Shown piece after piece: positions 40,210 to 54,378 of a DNA stretch of 64,000 nucleotides. Position numbers and translations under genes: made by a program. Position 1 is the first letter of the stretch; every line of letters begins with the position of its first letter. The stretch is taken from contig OX597818.1 in NCBI GenBank assembly GCA_951406725.2, positions 32,426,001 through 32,490,000 on the forward strand, given 5' to 3'. Below the pieces are notes generated by a model. That model was not told where the DNA came from, made no database searches, and was given only the letters and a program-made list of their open reading frames with translations. This stretch comes from Octopus vulgaris (Eukaryota).

Positions 40210-40540
40210 TTAAACTCAGAACGTAGCGGCAGACAAAATACCGCTAAGCATTTCGCCCGCGTGCTAACGATTCTGCCAGCTCGTCGCCTTAAATAATAAT
40301 AATCATAATGATAATAATAACAATAATAATAATAATAATGATAATAATGATTTCCGTTTTTTTGCCAGAAGGACAGCTTGGTGGAGTGGGTTATATGGAC
40401 CCAAGTGCGTAATTGGTACTTGTTTAATCGACTCCGAAAGGATGAAAGGTATAGCCGACCTCGACGGAATTTGAACTCAGAATACCGCTATGTATCTCGC
40501 CCGGCGTGCTACCGTAACGATTCTGCCAGCTCACCGCAAT
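40210..40540 (-). mobile_element. Two family B SINE fragments separated by (AAT)n
   Basis: AACTCAGAACGTAGCGGCAGAC..TTCTGCCAGCTCGTCGCC at 40212-40288 and a second copy at ~40350-40537. Confidence 0.85.
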
Positions 40541-41697
40541 AGTAATAGCAATAGCAATCTGTTCCTTAGCATCGTTAAGAAATGAGAAATAACGAGAATT
40601 ATTTCCTACAGTGGAACGAGACTTAATAACAACTGCATTAAGATTTCATATGTTTGTCAGAGGTGTGTGGGTGTGTGGTAGCTGTCTTGGTGAAGCGAAT
40701 ATCGATTCCTTCCTATTCACAGTTATAACATTTCGAAAACTTCTCAGAGAAAAATGTATGGCACAACCTCCCATATCTCAACCTTTTAACTCTAAATGTC
40801 ATCATTTCTTTCTATTGTTGTTTTTGTTGCTCTCCTTTCGAATCCTCCGTAGTTCGTTATTCCAGTTTTTAACAAAACAATGCCTGCTTTTATTGCTATC
40901 GCTGATAGCACATTTCCAGGATATTTAGTAATGTATATATAGTAGTTCCAGTTTCTGTGTGTTTTCGTGGTTTCTGATATTGTTACAGTAAATTCTAGAA
41001 ATACCAACTATCATTACTATCATTACTATTAGCAAAATGAAAATTTCTTTTGCGTTATACTATCCAGCGTATCTTTTGCACTCATTGACCTACATAGAAA
41101 ACAGTTTATATTGTTTTTCGTTCAATGAATTTTAAATAAGTATGGTTTCAAAGTCTGACACACTACGCGTTGCTATAATTACGTTTTCTCTTTCCTTATT
41201 TTTTAAACTTTGTTGTTGGCTTACAAACTGTTCATGGCATAGAGCCGTGAGCAATATTAAAGCGTCGTTTTTAACTCGTATTTGTGACTCTGCTTGTCAC
41301 CAACTATGCAGAGAATTGCTGCAATCGTTTTCAGGCTTTTGTGATAACTAAATAAATCTATCACAGCTGAGAAGTGTGTAGTTACTAGGCCTGCAGAAAT
41401 AGTCTAATGTTAAAACAATTTGAAACTCAAAATAAACAATGAAATCACAAAAGAAATTTTTTTTTACACTGGTTCATTATTATTTTTTTTGTTTTGTTTT
41501 TTACATTGTATTTCTTTCTGTTTGTATGTCCTTCTTTCACTCCTCACTGCCACTCTATACTTCTCTTGCCTCCTCTCTAAATTTCTTATATTTACCATAA
41601 CGTATGTATTCTTTATGGTGCCGAAATATATGCTTGAGACTAAACAACTCTTATTTCGTTGTTTTGCTTTGAAGTTGGAATAAGATGGATAGATAGG

Positions 41698-41793
<96 letters not shown>

Positions 41794-42569
41794 CTGAGAA
41801 AGAGAAAGAGAGAATGAACAGATTTCGTTTTATTAATCTTCTTAGTGCTTTATAGATCCTCATAGTGTTTTCTTGACACATGGTAATCCATTGGATTGCA
41901 AAAGTATAAATAGATTAGAATAATTAAAAAGCAAAAAAAAACAAAAAAAAACAACAAAAAAACTAAAAGTAAGACGAGAGAACGAAATTGGCCGACTGGT
42001 TGGTATCTGTTGCTGTACATCTTGATGGTTACGGATTGACCCTAAAGATTGTAGAATAACGGGAAGGTACACAGAACGTGAACTAGCGGAAAAATTAAGT
42101 AACGAGTAGATGTTAATTTAGATTAATTGTATGATGTCTTACCCGTAAATAAGCATGGTTCTTGCATTTAGAAATGTAGTTAGTTTGAAAGAAGATGAAT
42201 GAGTCTTTAAAACCCTTTGGATCATAAACATGCAACTGATAATTAGCTCGCGTCCTTGATGTGCGCAGGTAGAATACGAGTAAGATTGATGGATATTATC
42301 GTTTTTACAGTTAAGCTAATTAGGAGATATAAGAACCAACAATTAGCTACTCGACCTGTTGGAAACAACAGCAACGCCAACACTGTTGTATTACATCAGT
42401 ATACGTCCAATTATCAGTTTGGACTACACTTTTGTGATATTCTGTAAAGAACCATTGTTAACTGATATATACTAAATATACATATATATATATATATTGT
42501 AAATCTATGTATACATATATGTATACACACACACACACATGCACGCAGAAGACGGTGAAGCAAGTAAGA

Positions 42570-42700
42570 CAATGCCAAATCCACTCAAAACGCTTTGATC
42601 GGCCCTAGCCTTTAGTGGGAGATACTCGCCCAAGGTGTAGCACAGTGGGACTGAACCCAGAACCATATTGTTGGGAAGTAAACTTCTTACCACTCACTCA
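42570..42700 (-). mobile_element. Family A SINE head fragment, diverged
   Basis: CCAAATCCACTCA..GCCCAAGGTG..CAGTGGGACTGAACCCAGAACCAT..CTTACCAC. Confidence 0.8.
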
Positions 42701-42884
42701 CGACTGAGCGTATATATTGCATATTTATATGTATGTATGCACGTACAGACACACATGCTATCATTACACACACACACACATACACACACAGACCTGCGCG
42801 CACGCACATACCTCCTTCTCTTGCACTCTCCTGTCTTTGAAAGAACTTTTTCTTCACCCATTCCCTTCCAGTCATTCAGTATGT

Positions 42885-43092
42885 GACCGCGTGTGCATCG
42901 TCGGCGATTTTCGTTCTCCGTCTTCCCTTCCTTGGACCTTTCCTTTTTCTATGTTTCTGACGAAGAGCTCCGCTCGAAACGTTAAATCCTCCTCCTTCTT
43001 TCTTTCCTTTCCCGAGCGTCCAATAACACTATACTTGTTCCACGTCCTCGTGTTGTTGTGTTTTCTCTTTGTGTTTTCATGTTTGGATTAAT
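42885..43092 (+). mobile_element. Family H-related element with an intact hammerhead core
   Basis: Same layout as family H (pyrimidine-rich, hammerhead, GAGCG..TAA.AC, ends at (TA)n) but a diverged subfamily. Confidence 0.7.
42953..42987 (+). ncRNA. Minimal type I hammerhead ribozyme
   Basis: GTTT-CTGACGA-A-GAGC(TCC)GCTC-GAAAC-GTT-AAAT: canonical CUGANGA and GAAA boxes, palindromic ACGT stem III, GUU cleavage triplet. Confidence 0.75.
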
Positions 43093-43152
<60 letters not shown>

Positions 43153-44064
43153 TTTGTGTGTGTGTACATACGTGTATGTATGTATACACACAAATACGCG
43201 CGCGCGCACACTCGCATATACAGACACAGAAACATTTATAAATGTATATGATATTAAACACACCCATGGTTTCATTGATATGGGTTATATACTATTTGTT
43301 TTATAGAAACGTGCAGCTCCATACTTTATTTAATTTGTATTTGTTTTCTCTTGAGATCTGATCACTATTTTATTTCTTTAAAAATTGCATAACGTTCTTA
43401 AACAACAGATTTCCCGGCATTTTCAATCTTGTATTCTAATGTTAAACTGTAAGACGTGATCGTTTGAAAGAATGAAACTGATGAAAATAAAAATGCTTAA
43501 ATATTTCTCAAAGCTCTCTCTACACGCAAGAACGAAATCGTACATTAAAGCCAAATACGAACAAAAATTGAATATTAAAACAAAATAATAACAGTTAATC
43601 AAATATTTTAGTAGAAAGAAAAGAAATCCGTCACACCACCAAAGTTTGACTATTCTAAATTAAACATTGCTAATGCTTTTCACTGAATTTTTTTTACAAC
43701 ATGTTCTTCGTACCATTACTGCGTTCTCACATAAGCAAACGCACATGTAGATGCTTACATCAGATGAGAATGTGTGTGCGTGTGCATGCATGTGTGTGTG
43801 TGTGCGGGTGTGAGTGTTTGTGTATTTGTATATGTATAACGCCCATATAATATTTTATATTTCAATATGTACACATATGCATTTGCATATATACGTTTGT
43901 AAGTAAATGTATACGTTGAAATATTGTATGCACATAAATGTGTTCATAGAGATACAACACAACACACACACACACATACACACACATACACATATATATA
44001 TATATATATATATTATATCAGCATGCATGTATATGTAGGTATGAATATACAAACATACACGTGC

Positions 44065-44095
<31 letters not shown>

Positions 44096-44557
44096 TGCAT
44101 ATATACAACACAAAAATAGCAATGCTTACAAATACAGCATGTTGTCATTTAAATAAAAATTGCTTATTTCATCATATCAACAAAAATAATAAGAATAACA
44201 TCCATAAACATTAATAGAATGGTCTAAGCAACATATCTTGGGAGGAAAAAAAATGAAGAGAGAAATAATGTTGTAGAATAAGAAATACAAATAAACGGAA
44301 AGTTCCAAATTTATACAGAATTTATGTAAATATGAGAGGTATAGTCTGGGCAAATATTTTTCTCCGTTTCTCTTTTCTATAAAGACAGAGAAAAGATTAA
44401 ATATGTAGGCCAGCCATTTTATTTAGCTAATGCTCGGTCTGCTATCATTTGAAATATTCTCTCGTTCTTGAATGCATCACTATTCAAAGTATAAAATATG
44501 GCGAATAAAGACAGCCCAGATGTGAAAACAACATTCCTCCCTTCCTTGTATCGCGTA

Positions 44558-44560
44558 CTC

Positions 44561-44624
<64 letters not shown>

Positions 44625-44806
44625 TTCTTTTTTCTTTCTCTCTTTCTTTCTCTATTTCTTTCTCTCTTTCTTTCTTTCTTTCTTTCTTTTTTTCTTTTCT
44701 TTTTTCTTTCTCTCTTTCTTTCTCTATTTCTTTCTTTCTCTCTTTCTCTCTCTCTCTCTCTTTCTCTCTTTCTTTCTTTCTCTCTTTCTCTCTCTTTCTT
44801 TCTCCT

Positions 44807-44837
<31 letters not shown>

Positions 44838-44922
44838 CTCTCTCTCTTTCTTTCTCTTTTTCTCTCTTTCTTTCTTTCTATCCTTTACTATGCATCTCCC
44901 TCTCTCTCTCCCTCCCTCTCTC
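44558..44922. repeat. (TTTC)n/(TC)n polypyrimidine tract
   Basis: Direct reading. Confidence 0.95.
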
Positions 44923-45367
44923 TGCATATTGTGTACATTTAAACGACACGCACTTAACTCGTAATATGTACGTACGTATGTATGTATATATGTATGTATG
45001 TATTCGAAAAGGTGTTATTCTCCAGTTATGGTGAATATTCCATTTCATCCATTTTGCCTGTTTATGAGAAAACTATTCAAAGACTATCCATGCATAAATA
45101 TGCATGCGTATTCTTGACTGCATGTAAACACTTTTGTAAACGCACATATTCTACATTTTGTGTTGTTCTTGCATATTATATATGTCATATTTTTTCCAAT
45201 TAATCATTGAAATAGTTTCACGTTTATATGCAAACGCATACTATATGTTTTCACTGAATAATACACTTATATCTATAAGTAGGGAGTTAAAACTCTGCCC
45301 ATACACATGTACATTTTGGGATAGAGCTTACACGGACATAAATCAAAAGCACATGCTATACAGGTAG

Positions 45368-45447
<80 letters not shown>

Positions 45448-45626
45448 ACGCATATATACATAGGTATGTTGGTGAAAACAGGAAAAATAACTCAAAATAT
45501 GAGTATATTGTATATGTATATTTTTATTAATATTAAGCAGAAGCAACAAAGTGACTCAAGGTCTGAGAGTTTCGATAAGTGCCAACGCACGATACTCTTG
45601 GATCTTGAGTCATTCTGTTGCTTCTG

Positions 45627-45670
<44 letters not shown>

Positions 45671-45686
45671 ATATATATATATATAT

Positions 45687-45846
45687 AGGTAGGTAGGTAG
45701 GTAGGTAGAGATAGGTAGGTAGGTAGATAGAGATAGATAGGTAGGTAGGTAGATAGAGATAGATATGTAGGTAGGTAGATAGAGATAGATAGGTAGGTAT
45801 GTATGTGGGTAGGTAGGTAGGTATGTAGGTGGGTAGGTAGGTAGAT
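45687..45846. repeat. (GGTA)n/(GATA)n compound microsatellite
   Basis: Direct reading. Confidence 0.9.
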
Positions 45847-46867
45847 TTGAAATCATAAATTAGGGAAATCAAATTTTGGGACGTGTAGAACCTCACTCAC
45901 ACCTACAAAAGCGAACATTTTATACGGATACGAAGAAGATATATATGAAATAGGGAAGAATGTATGTATACATAAGTAGATAGATGTAGACGCAGGATGA
46001 ATTCGTTATGTTACAATAGAAAATATATAGTTTTATACATATACACATATGCAAATGTCTATCTGCATTTTTGTTTCCGGACGTGTGTGTTTACGTTTGC
46101 GCGCGCGCAAACACACATACACACACATACACTACTGAAAGACTCGCGTTTAAATGTCGAGTAATGAAGCCTGGTTTACAGGGTGGAGCCCCTATTTATT
46201 CTAGTTAAACTCACTGAAGGAATGGGAATAAACTTTGGTTAGCTAATGAAGCACTACTGTATTCTATATACTTTTGTTCCAAATTCTAAGTTACCAATTT
46301 AGAAAGTGTACATGATCATTCTATAGTTTCCTGCATAGAATATTCTATTGTCAGTTCGTCGAGTGTAGGATGACTTTTTATGGAATGTTATAGGAAACTA
46401 ACCAACTATGTATCACGCAAATATTTCTTGACAAACCTAATAATTTTCTTTGTTTTATATTTCTGCTTCCGTGTATAAATATGTGGGCGTATACAGATGT
46501 ATGTTCATATATATATACATATATACACACACATACATACACACATACACACGCATATATATATATACGTATATATACATATATATGCATATATATATAT
46601 TTATGCATATGTAAATATATACATACACACATATATATACGTTATATGCATTTGTATGCATATATGCAATATGTAAATACATATATACATATATTAATAT
46701 ATAAATACATATATGTAGATATATGTTTATACATATACATACATATACATAGGTACATACATGCATGCATATACACACACATATAAATAAACATATGTAC
46801 ATACATATACACGTACAAACAAACATATACATACATACGTACACCACAAAACAGTACGTTATATATA

Positions 46868-46966
46868 CCAGCGGAAAGACCGCCCTCCGCGCGGTTTTCT
46901 GCTAGCCACTCGATAATATTTCCACACACACACACACACACACATGCACACACACACACACACATG

Positions 46967-46999
<33 letters not shown>

Positions 47000-48220
47000 A
47001 CACACACTCAAAATCTGGAGCTGTGAGAACTCATGGGAATGGCGTTTCCTTACTTGTTCAAATATACCCAAACTTAAAATGATCTAATATAATGATATCA
47101 TTCATTTGTCATGTGTTGAAATATGTCAAAAGAATTCAATTCCACACAAATATATGTTACTTTACATAACGTTCATGTGTTAATTCTATTTACTGAAACT
47201 TGCTAAAAATCATATTTTGCTTTAAAGTAATATCTCCTTGTAGACACAGTTGTTAGTAATCATACTTTTCCATTTCTCTCAGCCAATATTTTGAACTCTA
47301 GATAATGCAACATACAGCTGACAATGTGCGAAGAATTGAGTCGGAAGATATATTCCAATTTGTTCAAAAGTCTGTGACTGTGCCTTGTTGCACGTCAAGG
47401 CAAAAGCTGGCTTGACAGGAAATAGTTTGCGTGTAAATGTGAATGGAAATTCCATTTCTTGAGATACATGTGGTATTCTTGGGATTAGTAGAGTTGATTT
47501 TGCATAAGGACCAGAAGCAACCTCAATGTCCATTAGAAGCATTGAAATTTCTCAGAAGCATTATACATCATCTCTTTTCTTCAGTTTGAGAAAGTGTGGT
47601 AGAAATCCTGATGGTGTAAGATTGTTGATGAAATTGATTGAGTTCAGAATTTCATTATCAACTGTATCAGAGCTTCTGTATAATCTTTAGCTCACCAGGA
47701 ATCATGGTCAACAGAAAATAATTCACAAATTGCGTTGCTTCATTTGTTGGAATAGCAATAGTTCTATTTGCAAGCCACACAGGGTTTGTGAAGTTATTTT
47801 TGAGGTCAGCGTATGCAAAATCACATAGACCTGAAAGAGTACCACTTTCAAGGCAAGTAGTCTGATTTTGAATTTACCTAAGCTTTGTTCAACAGAAATG
47901 CTACCATTTCTTACACCAAGAAAGTAATTAGCAAACTAACTTTCATCAGAATGACCTTCTGTAAGATGATTGTTTGTCAACTCTACTGCTTCCACATGAT
48001 CGCAAAGAAAAGATCTCTTTAGTCTTGCATCAACAATTTGTGATCTGACGCCATTATTTTGTAGCAGAATATTCTCCTCATGAGATGCCCTTACCAGTCG
48101 GTCATGTGTAGCGGAAACAGAATCATGTTTACATCTCTGTGCATATTCAGACATCTGATTCAGTTGCCCGTCTTTTTCTCTGACGTTGTGCTTTTGCTGC
48201 TAAATTTTCTTTTCCAGTCG
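46868..48220 (-). mobile_element. Decayed Helitron, 3' part
   Basis: Helicase remnant plus, downstream on the same strand, hairpin ACCGCGC-GGA-GGGCGGT, 7-nt spacer and CTGG|T terminus at 46868-46871. Confidence 0.75.
47220..48060 (-). pseudogene. Helitron RepHel PIF1-family helicase C-terminal region, disrupted
   Basis: RSQIVDARLKRSFL; INFINNLTPSGFLPHFLKLK; LLIPRIP..FPFTFTRKLFPVKPAFALTCNKAQSQTFEQIGIYLPTQFFAHCQLYVALSRV (PIF1 motifs V/VI); stops and frameshifts. Confidence 0.92.
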
Positions 48221-48250
48221 CATATTATATATATATATATATATATATAT

Positions 48251-48940
48251 GAAAGCTCGTTAAAAACTATCTTGTTTAGCGTACTAGAAATAGCAGCGAT
48301 CACATAGTTATCATTGTAAAGCTTATAGCGTTCCAAGTAGCCATACCAAATTAAATCACTTCTCATGAAAAAAAAAAAAAAAAAAAAAAAACAATGTACC
48401 GCTATATTAAAGAATTTTTATTCTATCAAAAATACTCATTTAACAAACTCCGGAAGCTGATAATAATCTTGGAATTGTGCCTCGTATCAAACTTATACAG
48501 CTATTTTATGTAAACATGAAATGAAAAAATCGTATAAGTGAAAGCTCGTTAAAAAGTATCTTGTTTAACATTCAAGAAATAGCAGCGTTCACATAGTTAT
48601 TATTGTAAGGCTAATAGTGTTACAAGTAGCCATGCCAACAAAATCACTTCTTCATTTAAAAAAAAAAAATTATACCGGTATATTGAAGAATTTTCATTTT
48701 ATAAAAAATACTCATTAGGTAAATTCCCAAAAACTGATGATATTCTTGAAACTGTGTCTCGTATCAAAGTTATACAGCTACTTTGTGTAATAGCATGCAT
48801 TCATTCAACACAAAATCGCTAAAAAATTATATCGGTATATTAAAAAAAAATTTCATTTTATCAAAAATATTCATTTAGCAAACTCTGGAAACAGATAATA
48901 TTTTTGAAATTGTGTCTCGTATCAAAGTTATATAGCTATT
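48251..48940. repeat. Tandem ~290-bp unit (two full copies and a partial third)
   Basis: GAAAGCTCGTTAAAAA at 48251 and 48540; ATCAAAAATACTCATT..CTCGTATCAAA.TTATACAGCTA three times. Confidence 0.88.
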
Positions 48941-49262
48941 ATTAAATTATCATTAATGAAATGAAATGTTGCCTGCAACGAATTAGTCATGTTCATTATT
49001 AAACATTAAAATTTACTCTACAGTGAATGCAGTCAATATTTAAATTTATGAAGAATTGGACGCAGTGAATGCAATGAATATTTAAATTTGCGAGAATTTG
49101 GAGTTAAAATAATTCAATAAAAGTCAGTAATCGAAATTATAGGAAAATTCTTAGAACATGAATTTATAAAAATATTTCCAGATGGTCAAGCATTTAATCT
49201 TGCTTTCTTTTATTACTTTTAGTAATTGTTACATATCTATTAATTAGCAACTTTCTCCATTA

Positions 49263-49870
<608 letters not shown>

Positions 49871-52225
49871 CGCATATCCACACATACGTATGTGATGGTG
49901 TATCGCTTTAAATAAAGTAGCTCTGTTTTGTAAGAAAACATTTCTTTGTCACATGATGGAAATTAATTACGCAACAAGTAAAGAAATGATATTATAAAAG
50001 TCAACAAATGAAGCGAGACTTTATTTAAATGCCATTCTGTTGATATGGATAAATAAGTCGGTGAAGTTTAAATAGCAAAAATTTTAAATACTCTTCTTTG
50101 ACGAATGGAATGGAAGTGATGCCAAACACGACCTATTCGCTAATAACATAGGAAATGTGAACAACGTCAGCGTATGATATGCTAATAAGTGCTTAGATAT
50201 TACTCTATTGTATAAGAAATTCATCATTTTCTATGCTTCAGATACATAGAAATAGTAGTTTTGTATTTAACCAACTTCATGGCTGCCTTTCTCGAGAAGA
50301 AATAATTGTTGATTGAAACGTATTCATTATATTAGTAAAACTTATTATTTCGTTTTTAGTGGAATGAAAACTGAAGCCGAACTCAGTATCATTTAAAAGG
50401 GTTAAATGAAAGCGAGTAAATGATGAAAGAGTTCATTTTAATACAATATTAAGTTTGGAATATATAGAAATGAATAATTATAACTATATAACTCGTATTT
50501 TTGTTTGCCGTTGTTGTAGGGTAGTCTCAGAAAAAGGCAGATCGAACAGCATCTATTATTATCGTGCATGTTCTTAATTTTATTAAACAAGTGATATGAT
50601 TTGCGGTGCATTTCGCTGGTATTTCTAGAATATTAATAATCCATTATTTCTGTACTAGACTAATATGTCTATCGATTTTTAAAACAACAACGCATTTAAG
50701 GAGTATTCGGCTGTTATTTTAACGGGTAAAGCAACCCCATAGAATCCCCCTCTTTTCTTTGAGAGCCATCACAATGCTGGTCTTGATGATAGCAACAGTT
50801 TTCTCTTAAACATTAGGCCTAACGCAAGTGTTGTTAGTATATACAAACTTGTAGTGCTTCAGTTGGGTCTGTTGCTATGTAAAATATGTCTTCAGAATTG
50901 CTAGAGCGTCAGATAAAACTAGTTTTACTACCGGTGTGAATAATGCAACAGTACAACAAGGAACCTCTATGTTGTCATTTGACATGTTAGAAATAGGATG
51001 TGATTTGAAGTAAATTTCATTGTATAGCTGTATTGTAATATGTTATGCATCTTTACTTCGTTAAGGCGACTGTGAGTGCTTAAAGAGAACTTGGCAGCTT
51101 TTTCTAGCTGCCAAGTGATCATACTTAGACTGTATAACTTGCATCTTGAACGAGGAAGCACTTATTAGTATTGACTGATATCTATAGTAAAAATTTAAAA
51201 TGATTCGATCTTAGCCGTTCCATCAATCTACCACCCGGGATTTGGCTTCTATTTCCAGCACTTCGAGCGACCGCACAGAAGCTGTCATTGCGACTTTCAA
51301 ATCGATATACAATTGTGAGACTTCAATGGTTAAAACCAACTTTCCGAAATTGTTTTCTGATATGAATGCTAAAAGGATTGCCATCTTATAAAATGGGCTT
51401 TACATTCTATATGAATCTCCATCAATACAGTTGGATATACATTCAATCGGATGTTTATATTCCATTCAGTATATTCTCTAACACTAAATGCTACACTATC
51501 AAAGACTATTACTCTACCAAACCGGTCATGATGACATCTATAGAGCTATTGGAACTATAGACTATTTAATAATACGACCAATCGACGATCCAAGAGAAGC
51601 CGATCTCTTATTGTAAGGATTTGCATAACAATAGTCATATATAATAATAACATTATTGATTCTATCCGTCCACTTTCTGTTCATACGACTATTATGTATT
51701 CGTATGAAAACACTTATATTGTGAATATAAATACACATATGTACATAACCGCTGAGCTGTATCTCCAGACACACGCACATGCACATCCGCCTAACCGTAC
51801 TTTAAGATAAGCTGATTAATAATAGTTTATTGATTTCAAAAATAAAGTGATTAGTCATAGCACTCCCCCTTTTGTTTTCTGTATAAACACAAAATAAAAG
51901 AAAGGAACAAACTAATATTACAACCGGATAGAATATTTCGGTTGGATAACGGGTTTAATACCACGTCCATTTTGTTAAAATTATCAGATTACTTTGAAGA
52001 GTTTCATAAATACAATATTGCATAAATTATATATGAATGTGTGTGTCTACAGTCGCAAACACTTACACACACGCTATATATATATATATATATTTGACGC
52101 CATATGAATTTCATAAATTTTTGAGAATTCTTTTTTAGAATACTCGAAGCACACATATAAAACTACCCATAATAGTATGTAAATAAATACTGGGTTGAAT
52201 AACACTTTTGGATAGAAAATGTCGA

Positions 52226-52297
52226 AGGCTGCCTGTGAGATTCGAACCAACATATTCTATGGACATGATAGGCGTTCTACTACTGTACCAAATAAAT
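52226..52297 (-). pseudogene. Decayed tRNA-like sequence (tRNA pseudogene or orphan SINE head)
   Basis: Minus strand A-box-like TGGTACAGTAG and B-box GGTTCGAATC at tRNA spacing; stems do not pair. Confidence 0.5.
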
Positions 52298-52620
52298 CCT
52301 TCGATTTTCTCTATTCATCCTAATAGCTTAATTCTAATTAGAGGGAATTGTATCTTAGTGACGTCACAAGAATTTTATAAACTTTCGAGAGAACGTGCAC
52401 TACTTCATCTTTGGAATATCTTGAAGCACACACTTAAAGCTTTGAATAATAACTAATAATGCTACAAGTTTTACTAAAGAATCATGTTTTTTTTCGTTTA
52501 TTCAAGCGAGAAGAGGAAAGTAAAAGGAGAGGGAGCGAGTAGATCAAGTAACAAAAACAATATCTTATAATTAATATTGAAATACATTAATAATAATAAC
52601 AATAATAATAATAATAATAT

Positions 52621-53166
52621 GCAGTATCAGGCAGTGGCTCTCATGGCTTCTGATCTTAACTGAGTGGAAGTGTTATCATGTACATTGTTTTGTCCTGGTA
52701 TAAAAGATGCGCTACAGCAAATATTCTGCTCAATACCAGAGATTTGCTTGTCAGTTGTTTGACCTTAACCAGTTGATCATGTCCCTTAGTGGCTGAAGAT
52801 ATGTGCATCTCTGATCACAAGTAGAAGTAGTTGGGGAGCATCATACCCATGTGTTGAGAGGAATTCTTAGAGGTTTGGATAATTCATATTTGGAAACATG
52901 GGTGGTTCGTTCAACAATATTAAACAATCCTTATTCAGGGGCCTTTTGAGCGGGATGGACTACTTGACCAGAAGATAATTCTAACTGGGCCCCACCTGCA
53001 AGGTCATGCGCTGTTTATCTTGATATGGGATCACCATGTCGCACACATATGGTTGTGATGCATGTGCCCGGTGTACCCTTTTCAGATGGATAGTCATGAT
53101 GGGTATACTGGGCTTCGTATATTTTACCCCAGTGTCACTTTGATGACATACACTGCTCTCTCACTC

Positions 53167-53167
<1 letters not shown>
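52621..53167 (+). mobile_element. ~550-bp non-coding element inserted in (TAA)n
   Basis: (AAT)n on both sides; homologous to 53233-53650 and 21826-21960; no ORF, TIR or Pol III boxes seen. Confidence 0.85.
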
Positions 53168-53232
<65 letters not shown>

Positions 53233-53233
<1 letters not shown>

Positions 53234-53650
53234 GTCAGTTGTTTGACTTTAACCAGTTGACCATGTCACTTAGTGGCTGACGATATGTGCATCTCTGATT
53301 ACGAGCAGAAGTAGTGAGGGACCATCATAGCCATGTGTTGAGAGGAATTGTTAGAGGGTTGGATAATTCATCTTTGGAAACATGGGTGGTTCGTTCAACA
53401 TCCTTAAACGATCCTTATTCAGGGAACTTTTGAGCGGGATGGGCTACTCGACCAGAAGATAATTCTAACTGGGCCCCACTTGCAAGGTCATGCGCTGTTT
53501 ATCTTGATATGAGATCACTATGTCGCACACGTATGGTTGTGATGCATGTGCCCGGAGCACCCATATCAGACGGGTAGTCATGATGGCTATACTGGGCTTC
53601 GTATATTTTACCCTAGTGTCACTTTGATGGCATGCACTGCTCTCTCACTC
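53233..53650 (+). mobile_element. 5'-truncated second copy of the (TAA)n element
   Basis: Aligns to 52750-53167 with the same 3' end CTCTCTCACTC-(AAT)n. Confidence 0.85.
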
Positions 53651-53984
53651 AATAATAATAATAAATATTTAGTATATTAATAAGTATTATCATGAACCGT
53701 TTAATAATTATATTGAGGTAGTGTGTACTTTGATTTTCTCATTAAGATGTCTAGCGTGTGATGAACATTGTGCAACCTATTTTATTTTAGCTTTTCCAGT
53801 GTAGTGGACAATAAAATAAAATAAAAAAACAGGCTTAAATCAATAAGACAAACCTTTACGCAAGTGCCCGACGTGTTTAGGATACTGTTCTTAAAGAAGA
53901 CGTTAAGGGCAAGACTGGAATGTGTTTTATCAGAGGTTTGCCCGATCTGCGCCATCTTGGAGCTAAGTACTAAAAGCAATAAAA

Positions 53985-54378
53985 GGTGGCGAGCTTGCAG
54001 AAACGTTAGCACGCCGGGCGAAAAGTGTAGCCGTATTTCGTCTACCGCCGAGGTCGACTTTGCCTTTCATCCTTTCGGGGTCGATAAATTAAGTACCAGT
54101 TGCGCACTGGGATCGATGTAATCGACTTAATCCGTTTGTCTATCCTTGTTTGTCCCCTCTATGTTTAGCCCCTTGTGGGTAGTAAAGAAATAGGTATTTC
54201 GTCTGCCGCTACGTTCTTAGTTCAAATTCCGCCGAGGTCGCTTTTGCCTTTCATCCTTTCGGGGTCGATTAAATAAGTACCAGTTACGCACTGGGGTCGA
54301 TATAATCGACTTAATCTTTTTGTCTGTCCTTGTTTGTCTCCTGTATGTTTTGCCCCCCGTGGGCAATAAAGAAATAAA
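53985..54378 (+). mobile_element. Family B SINE containing a second, 5'-truncated family B copy
   Basis: Outer TSD CTAAAAGCAA at 53970-53979 and 54381-54390; inner duplication GTATTTCGTCT at 54033-54043 and 54194-54204. Confidence 0.88.

Noticed and set aside
52226-52297. Functional tRNA gene
   Set aside because: Acceptor and anticodon stems do not pair; only A/B-box remnants remain.
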